60,776 nucleotides of DNA, taken from the IMG/VR virus record IMGVR_UViG_3300046007_009360; one strand, given 5' to 3'. The notes under the pieces were generated by a model. The model was given only the letters and a program-made list of their open reading frames with translations, did not search any database and was not told the DNA's origin. Shown piece after piece: positions 51,030-59,518 of the stretch. Origin of the DNA: an uncultured virus (IMG/VR IMGVR_UViG_3300046007_009360). Lineage: Duplodnaviria; Heunggongvirae; Uroviricota; Caudoviricetes. The first letter of the stretch is position 1. Every line of letters begins with the position of its first letter. The position numbers and the translations under genes were made by a program.

Positions 51030-51890
51030 TTAATTAACTCCAGTAATTTTTCTTAAATAAGGTAAGAAATCTTCATTAAAAAAATCCCAAGAAAGCTTAT
51101 ATTTTAAATCTCCACCACAATGATGAAGACATTTAACTACTCTATCTCCACAACCTATTCCTAAATCTGGCATTATACATTTTTGTTCATCAAAATAAAT
51201 ATATTTCCAACTCGTCCAATTATTTGGATGCCATTGTAAACACGCTGGTCTTTTATCTTCTCCACCGGTCCAATTACCAGAAGCATTATATATAACTCCA
51301 GAAGTATCTTTATCTAAAATTAAACTATTATAACCTCGATTTCTAAAGATGACATTTAATGACATTTGGCAATCTCCATTGTAAGTTTTACCAAAAGAAT
51401 TGATCGCCATTTTTCTTCCAAAAGCATAGTCTAAAGTTAAATTAACATATTCATCTAAAAAATTTTTATTCCTTATAGCTATAAGATCTGCGTTTACCCA
51501 TTCGTTATTTGGTATTTCTTTTATTTCATCTGGTCTATTAATTCTTTCGTCTTTATTATTTATTAAATTTGTATCATTTCTTCCAGCGGCAACATCATAT
51601 TTATTATTTAATATCTCATCAAATCTACCTAAAGTCAAAGTATCATTACCTATTTTAATTAATAGATCTGGATTTTCCTTTTCCCATACTTCTTTTAATA
51701 TTAATGGGCCAACAAATCTAAGATTTATTTCAACTTTTTCTAAGTTATATTTCTCAATTATATTTTTTATTTCTTCATTTGAATAATGAATTAAATTAAT
51801 ATCTGGATGGAAAAATTTAAAAGAATTTATAGCCTTCATTCTCCAAGCTGATGTATTATCGTCTGCAATTATAACGGCAATAGTTTTCAT
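51030..51890 (-). CDS. GT-A (GT8-like) protein
   Basis: SFKFFHPDI, VNADL, Q.SLN, late HH.GG. Confidence 0.55.
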   Translation of the reverse strand: MKTIAVIIADDNTSAWRMKAINSFKFFHPDINLIHYSNEEIKNIIEKYNLEKVEINLRFVGPLILKEVWEKENPDLLIKIGNDTLTLGRFDEILNNKYDVAAGRNDTNLINNKDERINRPDEIKEIPNNEWVNADLIAIRNKNFLDEYVNLTLDYAFGRKMAINSFGKTYNGDCQMSLNVIFRNRGYNSLILDKDTSGVIYNASGNWTGGEDKRPACLQWHPNNWTSWKYIYFDEQKCIMPDLGIGCGDRVVKCLHHCGGDLKYKLSWDFFNEDFLPYLRKITGVN

Positions 51891-51893
51891 TTT

Positions 51894-52586
51894 TTATTCT
51901 CTAAAGAAAGGGTCTTTTTCATCTCGTCCATAATGATGCCTTCCATCTGATGTACCAAGATGTAATAATTCTATATTTGTTTTTACCAATCTAGGATGAT
52001 TCTCTGGATCAATTCTTGGACACCATAATTTAAGGAAATTAATATCTACTTCTATTGAAGAATAGCTGTCTTTATATAAATTAGCTAGTCCATAATATCT
52101 AGCTACATCACTATTTAAGTTTATGCATTGAAAGAATCCACAACCACTTCCTTCTATAGCTTCAAAATCATCTTTTGTCTTTAATCCATTTCTATATAAT
52201 AGATAATCTTTGTATGTTGGAATAAATCTTCTGTATGAGCCATAAAATTTATTAATATCTATGTTATCAATATCTATAATTCTTCTGAAATTTTGATCTT
52301 CGATAATTATGTCTGAATCAAGAAAGATGACCCAATCACAATATTTTAAATTCTGTATTCCAAAATTTCTTGCTCCACCGAAATTAAACTTTGCATTCAT
52401 CTTATTGAATCCATCGTAAATGACAAAATTAACATTTTCTTTTTTACATAACTCTTGAGTTTCAATATCTTCCTGATCAGTAATAACGATGACATTATCA
52501 AAATATTTTTTATTGATCGGTAAAGTAATCTTCAGAAAATCAGAATATTTTTTACATACTGTAATTAGTTCTATCTTTCTATTCAT
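51894..52586 (-). CDS. GT2-like glycosyltransferase
   Basis: RNFGI..WVIFLDSDI, GFFQ, HLG. Confidence 0.7.
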   Translation of the reverse strand: MNRKIELITVCKKYSDFLKITLPINKKYFDNVIVITDQEDIETQELCKKENVNFVIYDGFNKMNAKFNFGGARNFGIQNLKYCDWVIFLDSDIIIEDQNFRRIIDIDNIDINKFYGSYRRFIPTYKDYLLYRNGLKTKDDFEAIEGSGCGFFQCINLNSDVARYYGLANLYKDSYSSIEVDINFLKLWCPRIDPENHPRLVKTNIELLHLGTSDGRHHYGRDEKDPFFRE

Positions 52587-53452
52587 TTTAATAAATTGAT
52601 AGCATTTATTACTTGATCGTCTTTTATATTATCACATCCACCCTTCTCAAATATAGATATATTATTTTTATTCATTGGTGCTAGTGCTTCAAAATTTGAG
52701 ATGTGATTAGTCATCCAATCTGTCAACAACGTAATCTGTGGGAATTCATACGCGCCCATTACTAAACTACTTCCAGCATCTGTTCCAATCATAAAAGAAC
52801 ATCCCAAAGTTGTTCTAATTTGATCAAGAAAATCTAAATGTTTAGCAATAAAGAATCTTCCTTTTGCCTCTTCGGTTGTATTTAAAATATTAAAATCGTT
52901 TGGGTGACCAAATTGTATTATTTTAAAATCAGTTTCTTGAAGTATTCTTAATACAAGTTTTTTATACCATTCTTTTGTTGGACTTCTTTTTATATCTAAT
53001 CCATTACCAGCCATCGGCCAAACAGCTATTGTCTTAGGATTATATTCTATATCAAACCATTTGATTAATTTTGGTGTTCTTAATTCTGGATCTAAATCAT
53101 TCCAATTTAATCCCATCATTATAAAATTTTCTTCTACCATATGATATTTATTATACCAAAATGGATCTGGATGTTGAAGATCTGGAGGAATAATAATGTC
53201 ATGTGATTTAAAAAAAGCTATATCTGCTTCATTCGGATTTTCTAAGATCTCATTAATATGAATCCTGTCAATTAATGGTTGATTGTATAACAATTGAGCA
53301 AATACAGCGTTTTTCTTTGCTACCGATACAGTTTTATATGAATTTGGATATTTCTTTTCTAAAAGATTCAAAATAGGTAGAGATGTAATTAAGTCGCCGC
53401 CTTTGCTAGGTCTTAAACCTATTATTTTTAAATTTTTTCCTTCTTTTAGCAT
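52583..53452 (-). CDS. GT9-family glycosyltransferase
   Basis: GGDLI, IIQFG, IGTDAG. Confidence 0.75.
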   Translation of the reverse strand: MLKEGKNLKIIGLRPSKGGDLITSLPILNLLEKKYPNSYKTVSVAKKNAVFAQLLYNQPLIDRIHINEILENPNEADIAFFKSHDIIIPPDLQHPDPFWYNKYHMVEENFIMMGLNWNDLDPELRTPKLIKWFDIEYNPKTIAVWPMAGNGLDIKRSPTKEWYKKLVLRILQETDFKIIQFGHPNDFNILNTTEEAKGRFFIAKHLDFLDQIRTTLGCSFMIGTDAGSSLVMGAYEFPQITLLTDWMTNHISNFEALAPMNKNNISIFEKGGCDNIKDDQVINAINLLK

Positions 53453-53458
53453 ATTAAA

Positions 53459-54241
53459 TTATAACGTAGATAATAATAGTTGTCTATAAGTATTTTGTAT
53501 GCCTTTTTCCAAACCTATTGTAGTTATTGGCAGATTGCTTTGTCCACAATAGAATTGCAAATCTTTATTATTTTGTAGATTGACTTTTACTTTATGTTCT
53601 CCTAGATTATTAATGAATTCGCTTATGTCTTCTAATGTATGTTTTTGTTTATAAGAACAATTAATTTCTTTATCTAGTTTATCATTTAAAATATAATAAT
53701 CAACAAGATTAATCAAATCTTGCATATAGAAAAAATCCATAACTTTATTAGTAAATATATCAATCGGCTCTTTGTTTATGTATTTAAATAAATTACATTT
53801 AATAAATCTTGTGTTTAATTCATTCTTGTCAAAAACTGCAAAAATTCTTATATTATAAAAATTATCAATTTCTTTGATTGATTCTGCTATTATTTTTTTA
53901 CTTAAACCGTATGGTGTTTCTGGTTGGAATATCTCTGCGCCTGAACCGAAGGATATGAGTTTATTAAAATGATCTTTATTTTCAAGTAAATTGTAATACA
54001 TTTTAAGGTTTACATCCATGACATTTGCAGTATCTTTAACTAGTCTCATACCGCCTTTAATTGCTGTATGAATAACTATATCATAGTATTCATTTTCTTC
54101 AAACCATCTTTTTGTTTGATGTGGATTTGAAAGATCGAAATCTAAAATCGAAATAGATTTACAATTATATTTTCTATTAAATACAGAATATAAAGATCTT
54201 CCTATATATCCATTTCCTCCTGTGATTAATATCTTTAACAT
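53459..54241 (-). CDS. NAD-dependent epimerase/reductase (possible YerF-like role)
   Basis: ITGGNGYIG, FGSGAE, YGLSK; co-directional with the ThDP enzyme genes. Confidence 0.8.
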   Translation of the reverse strand: MLKILITGGNGYIGRSLYSVFNRKYNCKSISILDFDLSNPHQTKRWFEENEYYDIVIHTAIKGGMRLVKDTANVMDVNLKMYYNLLENKDHFNKLISFGSGAEIFQPETPYGLSKKIIAESIKEIDNFYNIRIFAVFDKNELNTRFIKCNLFKYINKEPIDIFTNKVMDFFYMQDLINLVDYYILNDKLDKEINCSYKQKHTLEDISEFINNLGEHKVKVNLQNNKDLQFYCGQSNLPITTIGLEKGIQNTYRQLLLSTL

Positions 54242-54242
54242 T

Positions 54243-55172
54243 TTAAGATTTCCAACTTTTAGAATTCATCACATTCTGTAGCTCTTCTTCTTTAATTGGG
54301 TAGATATAATCTTTGCATGGATATTTATTTTGTTTTACTTCTTCTATATATTTTCTAATTGCTAGTGTTGTTATATTTAATATTCCATCTTGTCTTGTAT
54401 CAATTCCGTATTTTTTAATATTCTCTTGAGATTTAATAGTATCTGAATAATTATCTACAATTTCTGAAATATAACATTTTGCAAACCAAGGTCTAAAATT
54501 TGGATGTAAGCCCAAAAGATCATGGGCAATTATCAATTGTCCATCTACTAAATCTCCTGCTCCAATTCCCATAATTGGAATTTTTAATTGTATAGATATC
54601 TGTTCCGCAACTTTCGCGGGTACTGCTTCTAATAGGATCATAGAACATCCCGCGTATTCTATTGCTTTTGCATCGTCAAGCATTTCTTCAAAACTTTCCT
54701 GAGTTTTCCCTTGCACTCTATATCCTCCAAAACTAACAGCACTTTGAGGAGTTAATCCGAGATGTCCAACGACTAAAATACCAGCATTAACAATTGCTTT
54801 GATTTTATCTTCGACTCTTTTACCGCCTTCCAACTTAATAGCATCACATCCTGCTTCTTTAACAAATCTAAGAGCATTTTTTACAGCTTCTTCCTCGGAT
54901 ACTTCATATGATCCTTGAGGCATATCACCAACTATAAATGTATTTGGTGCTCCTCTTCTTGCGGCTTTAGCAAAACTTATCATTTCATCCATCGTCACGG
55001 GATTTGTAGTTTCATATCCTAATTCAACCATTCCTCCAGAGTCTCCAACTAAAATCATATCAATTCCAGCTTTTTCTGCTGCAAATGCGATTGGATAATT
55101 ATAAGCAGTTATCCAAGTGATTTTTTCATTTAGATCTTTCATTTTATTGAAAGTAACAATATTTTTTTTCAT
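54243..55172 (-). CDS. panB: Ketopantoate hydroxymethyltransferase homologue
   Basis: TAY, ILVGDS, DMP.GSY, KLEGG, GHLGLTPQ, GIGAG..DGQ. Confidence 0.9.
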   Translation of the reverse strand: MKKNIVTFNKMKDLNEKITWITAYNYPIAFAAEKAGIDMILVGDSGGMVELGYETTNPVTMDEMISFAKAARRGAPNTFIVGDMPQGSYEVSEEEAVKNALRFVKEAGCDAIKLEGGKRVEDKIKAIVNAGILVVGHLGLTPQSAVSFGGYRVQGKTQESFEEMLDDAKAIEYAGCSMILLEAVPAKVAEQISIQLKIPIMGIGAGDLVDGQLIIAHDLLGLHPNFRPWFAKCYISEIVDNYSDTIKSQENIKKYGIDTRQDGILNITTLAIRKYIEEVKQNKYPCKDYIYPIKEEELQNVMNSKSWKS

Positions 55173-55921
55173 TTTATCATCTCCCTTTCTCTTTCTTGGT
55201 CGTCTAAGAATGGATACATATCATCTAGTCCACATTGAATATTTTTACCTGTACTTTGATCTTTTTTAAAAGAAACAGTTGGAATAACCTCTTGATCTTC
55301 TTTACAAGAGACTTCGCATAAAATTGGTTTCTTTTGATTGATAATTTCTTTAATATTATCTTCTAATCCTTGGTTACTAGATATTTTAATATAATCTAAT
55401 TCATATGTTTCTGCTACTTTTTTTAGGTCTGGAAACCACAATCCTTTTCCTGCGCTAGTTCCGTAGACTCTTTTTTCATAGAATTTATTTTGTGTATTTT
55501 TAATACTTAAATAGCCTTTATTGTTCCATATAAAAATCTTGATTGGTATATTAAAATTTTTTATTGTTGCTAATTCTTGTAGATTAGAATTAAAGCTTCC
55601 ATCCCCTGTAATTACCAAGATATTCTTGGTTGAATCTCCAAAATAGGCTCCTATACCAGCTGGTAAAGCAAAGCCCATATCTGCTTGCGCGCCAGACAAA
55701 ACAAATATTTGGTTTAATTTTAATTTAAGGTTTTGACATGGAACATAGATTGCCGAACCTGCATCGCAAACTATGATCTCTTTTTCTGTCATATTTTTAT
55801 TAAGAATCTCTATAAAAGAATATAGATTAACGCCATTCTCATCATTTTTAAACTCATCTATAAATATTGGCCATTTATTTTTCCAATATTTACATTTTTC
55901 TATCCATTCTTCTTTATTCAT
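55169..55921 (-). CDS. ThDP-dependent enzyme, C-terminal PP domain (YerE/AHAS-like)
   Basis: MGFALP, GDGS...QEL...NNKGY ThDP motif. Confidence 0.85.
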   Translation of the reverse strand: MNKEEWIEKCKYWKNKWPIFIDEFKNDENGVNLYSFIEILNKNMTEKEIIVCDAGSAIYVPCQNLKLKLNQIFVLSGAQADMGFALPAGIGAYFGDSTKNILVITGDGSFNSNLQELATIKNFNIPIKIFIWNNKGYLSIKNTQNKFYEKRVYGTSAGKGLWFPDLKKVAETYELDYIKISSNQGLEDNIKEIINQKKPILCEVSCKEDQEVIPTVSFKKDQSTGKNIQCGLDDMYPFLDDQEREREMIK

Positions 55922-56921
55922 TAAAAAAATCCTTCAAGTCCATTTGAATAAATTTATCTATTTTATTATCGTTAAATTTATTATATTCATTCTTATCTAT
56001 ATCTACCATAATTTTATAAGATTTAGGTGAAAATAAGTTTTCATCATATCCTGTATGAGAACAATTTAAAGAACAGCCTAATATCAGTAATAGATCACAA
56101 TTTTGAATAGCAAAATTTCCAGATCTACTTCCCTTGATGCCAATTGTTCCTATGTTAAGAGGATGCTCGTATCCTAAGATTTCTATGCCTAAATATGTTG
56201 TGACAAATGGCAAATTATTTTGTTCTATAAAATTTTTAAAATCTTTATTTGTTTTACTTAAAACTACTCCATAACCACCTAAAACTAAAGGACGATTGTA
56301 CTGTTTGATTATATTTAAAACATTCGAGAGTTCATTATTTTTTATATTAATATTTTTAGATTCAAATTCTTTATAATTCTCTGGCATTTGAGCATGTTGA
56401 ATATCACTTGGTATATCAAGCCAAACTGGTCCCATTCTGCCAGATAAAGCTTCATTAATAGCACAATCTAATTCATAAGCAACTTCATCTACTGACTCTA
56501 TAATTTTTGCATATTTTGTCATAGATTTAACTGTAGAGATTATGTCATGTTCTTGAACACCATATTTTCTTATAGATATATTTTTATTCTTATTGATAAA
56601 AAAACTAGTTTGATTTAATTTAACATTTCCAGATATAAATAATATAGGAATACTATCTTGCCATGCATCTAGAAGAGAGGTCAAACAATTTGTTCCTCCG
56701 CATCCAGTAGTTGGGTTAACTACAGATAATTTTTTTGTTACTTTACTTTCTCCTATGGCTGCATGACCCGCGCCTTGCTCATGATGAAAACAAATATATT
56801 GTATATCATTATTTTTTATAAAACCATCATTAAGACCACCTGCTCCACCGCCCATTATTCCATAAACATACTTTACTCCTAATTCAACTAATCTTTTGGC
56901 AATATAATCTGAAACTCTCAT
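55914..56921 (-). CDS. ThDP-dependent enzyme, N-terminal PYR and middle domains (YerE-like)
   Basis: MRVSDYI, HHEQGA, TTGCGGTN, GVQE, GRMGPVWLDIP.D.Q. Confidence 0.85.
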   Translation of the reverse strand: MRVSDYIAKRLVELGVKYVYGIMGGGAGGLNDGFIKNNDIQYICFHHEQGAGHAAIGESKVTKKLSVVNPTTGCGGTNCLTSLLDAWQDSIPILFISGNVKLNQTSFFINKNKNISIRKYGVQEHDIISTVKSMTKYAKIIESVDEVAYELDCAINEALSGRMGPVWLDIPSDIQHAQMPENYKEFESKNINIKNNELSNVLNIIKQYNRPLVLGGYGVVLSKTNKDFKNFIEQNNLPFVTTYLGIEILGYEHPLNIGTIGIKGSRSGNFAIQNCDLLLILGCSLNCSHTGYDENLFSPKSYKIMVDIDKNEYNKFNDNKIDKFIQMDLKDFFNE

Positions 56922-56922
56922 T

Positions 56923-57831
56923 TTAATATTTAAAGAAAAATATATCTTTCCAAGTAGTTTGATTATTTTGAATTAGATTAAGTAAATATTTTCTATCTAT
57001 CAAAGTCGTTTGTGGGTATTTTATATTTGCATCTACTAATTTGACTACATCACTATAGTTTGTATTAATTGGAACGCACTCTTCGTAGTCTTCTTTCCAT
57101 CTACTCATCCAAGGTATTCTATTAAATTGAGGATCAAGAATTAATCTTGGAATTCCTAATTGATAAGCAATATGGCTTGGACCATTACATGTGAATATAC
57201 CATATTCACTTTTAACTAACCAATCTAATGATTCTTCAAAAGTTGGATCATCGTGAATAAAAACATTTTTAGGAAAAGATATATTAAAATTATCATAATT
57301 AATTTCTTTGTCCCATCTTTTAACTTTTGGAAAGTATATAGTATAATCGGGCAAATGTTCGGCTAAAGATCTGAGAAGAATTGGGATATTCTCATAAGTA
57401 TATCCTTTTGTCGTGGTTGTTAATCCGCAATATATAATCTTTTCTTTTTTAGCAAAATGTCCATTAAGTATTCTTGTTTTTTTAATTAATTGAGGATTTA
57501 AACCATATTGTTTATAGTCCAGAGCCAAGGGGCTTCTAAAAAGAAGATCTGGTACATTATATGTAATATTTAAAGCGTTATATTTAGACTTTAATTCGCT
57601 TTGAAGACTTTTATCTGTAATAATTCTGTTTTCGTGGGCAATATTTTCGTTAATCTGTTCAACATCTAAAACATTTCCAAATATATACCATAAAGGTTTA
57701 TAGACTTCATTTCTTGTTGAAATTAAAGTCTTATGTTTAATGTGTTGCTGATTTAAAAGATAAGATATTTGTAAAGATAAAATACAGTCACCTAAACCAT
57801 GTCCACCAATATTTAAAAGATTATAATCCAC
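56923..57831 (-). CDS. GT9-like glycosyltransferase
   Basis: GLGDCI, NGPSHIAY.LGIP. Confidence 0.65.
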   Translation of the reverse strand: MDYNLLNIGGHGLGDCILSLQISYLLNQQHIKHKTLISTRNEVYKPLWYIFGNVLDVEQINENIAHENRIITDKSLQSELKSKYNALNITYNVPDLLFRSPLALDYKQYGLNPQLIKKTRILNGHFAKKEKIIYCGLTTTTKGYTYENIPILLRSLAEHLPDYTIYFPKVKRWDKEINYDNFNISFPKNVFIHDDPTFEESLDWLVKSEYGIFTCNGPSHIAYQLGIPRLILDPQFNRIPWMSRWKEDYEECVPINTNYSDVVKLVDANIKYPQTTLIDRKYLLNLIQNNQTTWKDIFFFKY

Positions 57832-57837
57832 ATGTAT

Positions 57838-57866
57838 ATGTTAATGGATTATTATAATAATGTCAA
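57838..57866 (-). promoter_or_regulatory. Sigma70-like promoter heading the sugar island
   Basis: TTGACA-N17-TAACAT, 6 nt before GTG 57831. Confidence 0.65.
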
Positions 57867-58160
57867 TTAAGAAAGATTATATTTTTCTACTGTGCTTTTT
57901 GGAATCCCAGCTTGCAAACCTTTAGATTTAGCTTTATTCCAAAGTTTTTTAATAAATGTTTCATAACTCATGGCTTTTTTCATACGGCCAAAGTTATTGA
58001 TTGCGTCTCTTACGTCTTGAGTCGTGGTTATAGGAAAAGATCTATCTTCTGGAAAAAGGAAATCGCTATCTTTTAATTCGCTTCTTTTTTTGCCCTTATA
58101 TATTTTTTGATAAGCGTCTGTTTCTGTAATATCTAATTCCAGAACTAATTTTTTTCTCAT
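57867..58160 (-). CDS. Small basic protein (DUF6582-like)
   Basis: LKDSDFLFP..R.FPI....DVRDAI..FGR. Confidence 0.5.
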   Translation of the reverse strand: MRKKLVLELDITETDAYQKIYKGKKRSELKDSDFLFPEDRSFPITTTQDVRDAINNFGRMKKAMSYETFIKKLWNKAKSKGLQAGIPKSTVEKYNLS

Positions 58161-58164
58161 AATT

Positions 58165-58869
58165 TTAAACCAATGTTAAAAGATATTTTAATTTATTTAA
58201 ACTACCAAGGATTTCATCTCTAATATTTAAAAGATCCGAATCCTTGGAACTGTCTAATTGACTGCTTAAACCAATAAGAAATTCAATATAACTATCTGTT
58301 ACTTTTACAAAATCTGTGCTTGCATAATTTGAAAGTGAAAGATTAAATGTATTTGCGGAAATTACTCTGCCATACTTACCCATATAGGTTTCAATAAATT
58401 CATCAATTTTATCTGATAAAGAATCATAAACTCCACCAAATGAATTATGTTGTGAATATGACATTGTTTGCCAATGGAAAATTTTATATTGGTTTTGCAT
58501 TTGAAGCATTGTTGTTTGAATCATTTCACCCTTACCATTTACTTCTGCATTAGTTTCTGTTTTTACGATTTCTTCTGCTTTGACTTCTGTTGCTGGGGCG
58601 GTTACTGCTGTATTTCTTGGTTCCTCAACTTTAGCTTCAATTTTTGGAGCTTCTTCTGTTTTAATTTCTTCTTTTTTATTCATATTTTTAATATCTTGTG
58701 AAAAATCTATCTCTATTTCTGCTTTAGCTTTTTTTTGAGGCCCATTATAAGTATTTAAACAAATTGCAACCTTTTGTTTTTGTGGGTATTTTTCATCTTT
58801 CATAAACTCCATACAACGACCCATGTAATCGTTTTGTTTCTCATCCTTCTTAGGGTTTGGGATAGGCAT
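58165..58869 (-). CDS. Ferritin/Dps-like protein (DUF5856-like) with an N-terminal PIPxP..RCM domain
   Basis: HWQT.SY..H...YD...D.F.E.YMG...IRDE; start at ATG 58869 after a GTGTAT motif. Confidence 0.7.
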   Translation of the reverse strand: MPIPNPKKDEKQNDYMGRCMEFMKDEKYPQKQKVAICLNTYNGPQKKAKAEIEIDFSQDIKNMNKKEEIKTEEAPKIEAKVEEPRNTAVTAPATEVKAEEIVKTETNAEVNGKGEMIQTTMLQMQNQYKIFHWQTMSYSQHNSFGGVYDSLSDKIDEFIETYMGKYGRVISANTFNLSLSNYASTDFVKVTDSYIEFLIGLSSQLDSSKDSDLLNIRDEILGSLNKLKYLLTLV

Positions 58870-58986
58870 ATATAATAATATACACATAAAATATTTATAA
58901 GTAGAAGTGAGCCATCTTGTCAATGCTATAAATGATAATATTATGTCATTTTGTCTCTATTTAATATTTTTATCTCTGTAGAAAGT

Positions 58987-59002
58987 TGGCATAGATCTTG
59001 CA
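58987..59002 (+). promoter_or_regulatory. Sigma54 (-24/-12) promoter
   Basis: TGGCATAGATCTTGCA = GG-N10-GC; AGGAGG Shine-Dalgarno follows before hsp20. Confidence 0.75.
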
Positions 59003-59031
59003 TATAAATAGTACAAAGGAGGCATAAAACT

Positions 59032-59388
59032 ATGCTATTAACACTAAGAAATGGACATAGACCATTAGATATATTTGAAAATATATTCAATGATTCTATA
59101 TTTAATTATGATAAAGAATATTCTGACTTTGCTTTAGAAAATGATCAGTATTCTCTTGAAGTTCCTCTTGCAGGATTTAAGAAAGAAAATATTGATGTTA
59201 CTACAAATCAAGAATATCTAACAGTTAGGGCTACAAGAAAAGAGGGCAAAGTAAAATATGAAAAGTCTTTTTACTTGCCAAGAAAAGTAGATCTTTCCGA
59301 AGTAAAGGCAAAACATGAAGATGGTTTGCTCTCAATTACCTTTGGCAAAGAAAATAAAAAACTACAAAATAAAATCAAAATAGACTAA
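59032..59388 (+). CDS. Small heat shock protein (Hsp20)
   Basis: LAGFKKENIDV, F.LP..VD, A..EDGLLSI. Confidence 0.9.
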   Translation: MLLTLRNGHRPLDIFENIFNDSIFNYDKEYSDFALENDQYSLEVPLAGFKKENIDVTTNQEYLTVRATRKEGKVKYEKSFYLPRKVDLSEVKAKHEDGLLSITFGKENKKLQNKIKID

Positions 59389-59395
59389 TAATAAT

Positions 59396-59426
59396 CTTAG
59401 CGTCAAGTTCAATCCTTGGCGCTAAG
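59396..59426 (+). terminator. Stem-loop after hsp20 (possible terminator)
   Basis: CTTAGCGTCAAG-N7-CTTGGCGCTAAG, 12-bp stem with one G-U pair; no immediate U tract. Confidence 0.55.
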
Positions 59427-59440
59427 TGTAATACTTTTAT

Positions 59441-59515
59441 ATGAGTATTGCTTCTTGGTTAATCTGTGGTGCGGTTTTAATTTATATTCTTTATTTAAAA
59501 GAGAGAATTAAATAG
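59441..59515 (+). CDS. Putative 24-aa single-pass membrane peptide, absent from the ORF track
   Basis: MSIASWLICGAVLIYILYLKERIK*; 9 nt after GTGTAA, the same spacing as at other genes. Confidence 0.45.
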   Translation: MSIASWLICGAVLIYILYLKERIK

Positions 59516-59518
59516 AAA

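Noticed and set aside
54243..56921. Pantothenate or branched-chain amino acid operon (panB/ilvB)
   Set aside because: No panC/D/E or ilvC/D/N in the window; sugar-pathway context; not fully excluded without assays
37760..57831. Bacterial O-antigen or capsule locus
   Set aside because: No flippase, polymerase, ABC exporter or priming transferase; composition and promoter style are continuous with the phage genes
818..58701. Short antisense or alternate-frame ORFs in the track (e.g. 818..1144, 2516..2740, 4892..5209, 18141..18323, 18930..19232, 27335..27610, 58468..58701)
   Set aside because: Nested in well-supported genes, with no motifs or expression signals; probably shadows
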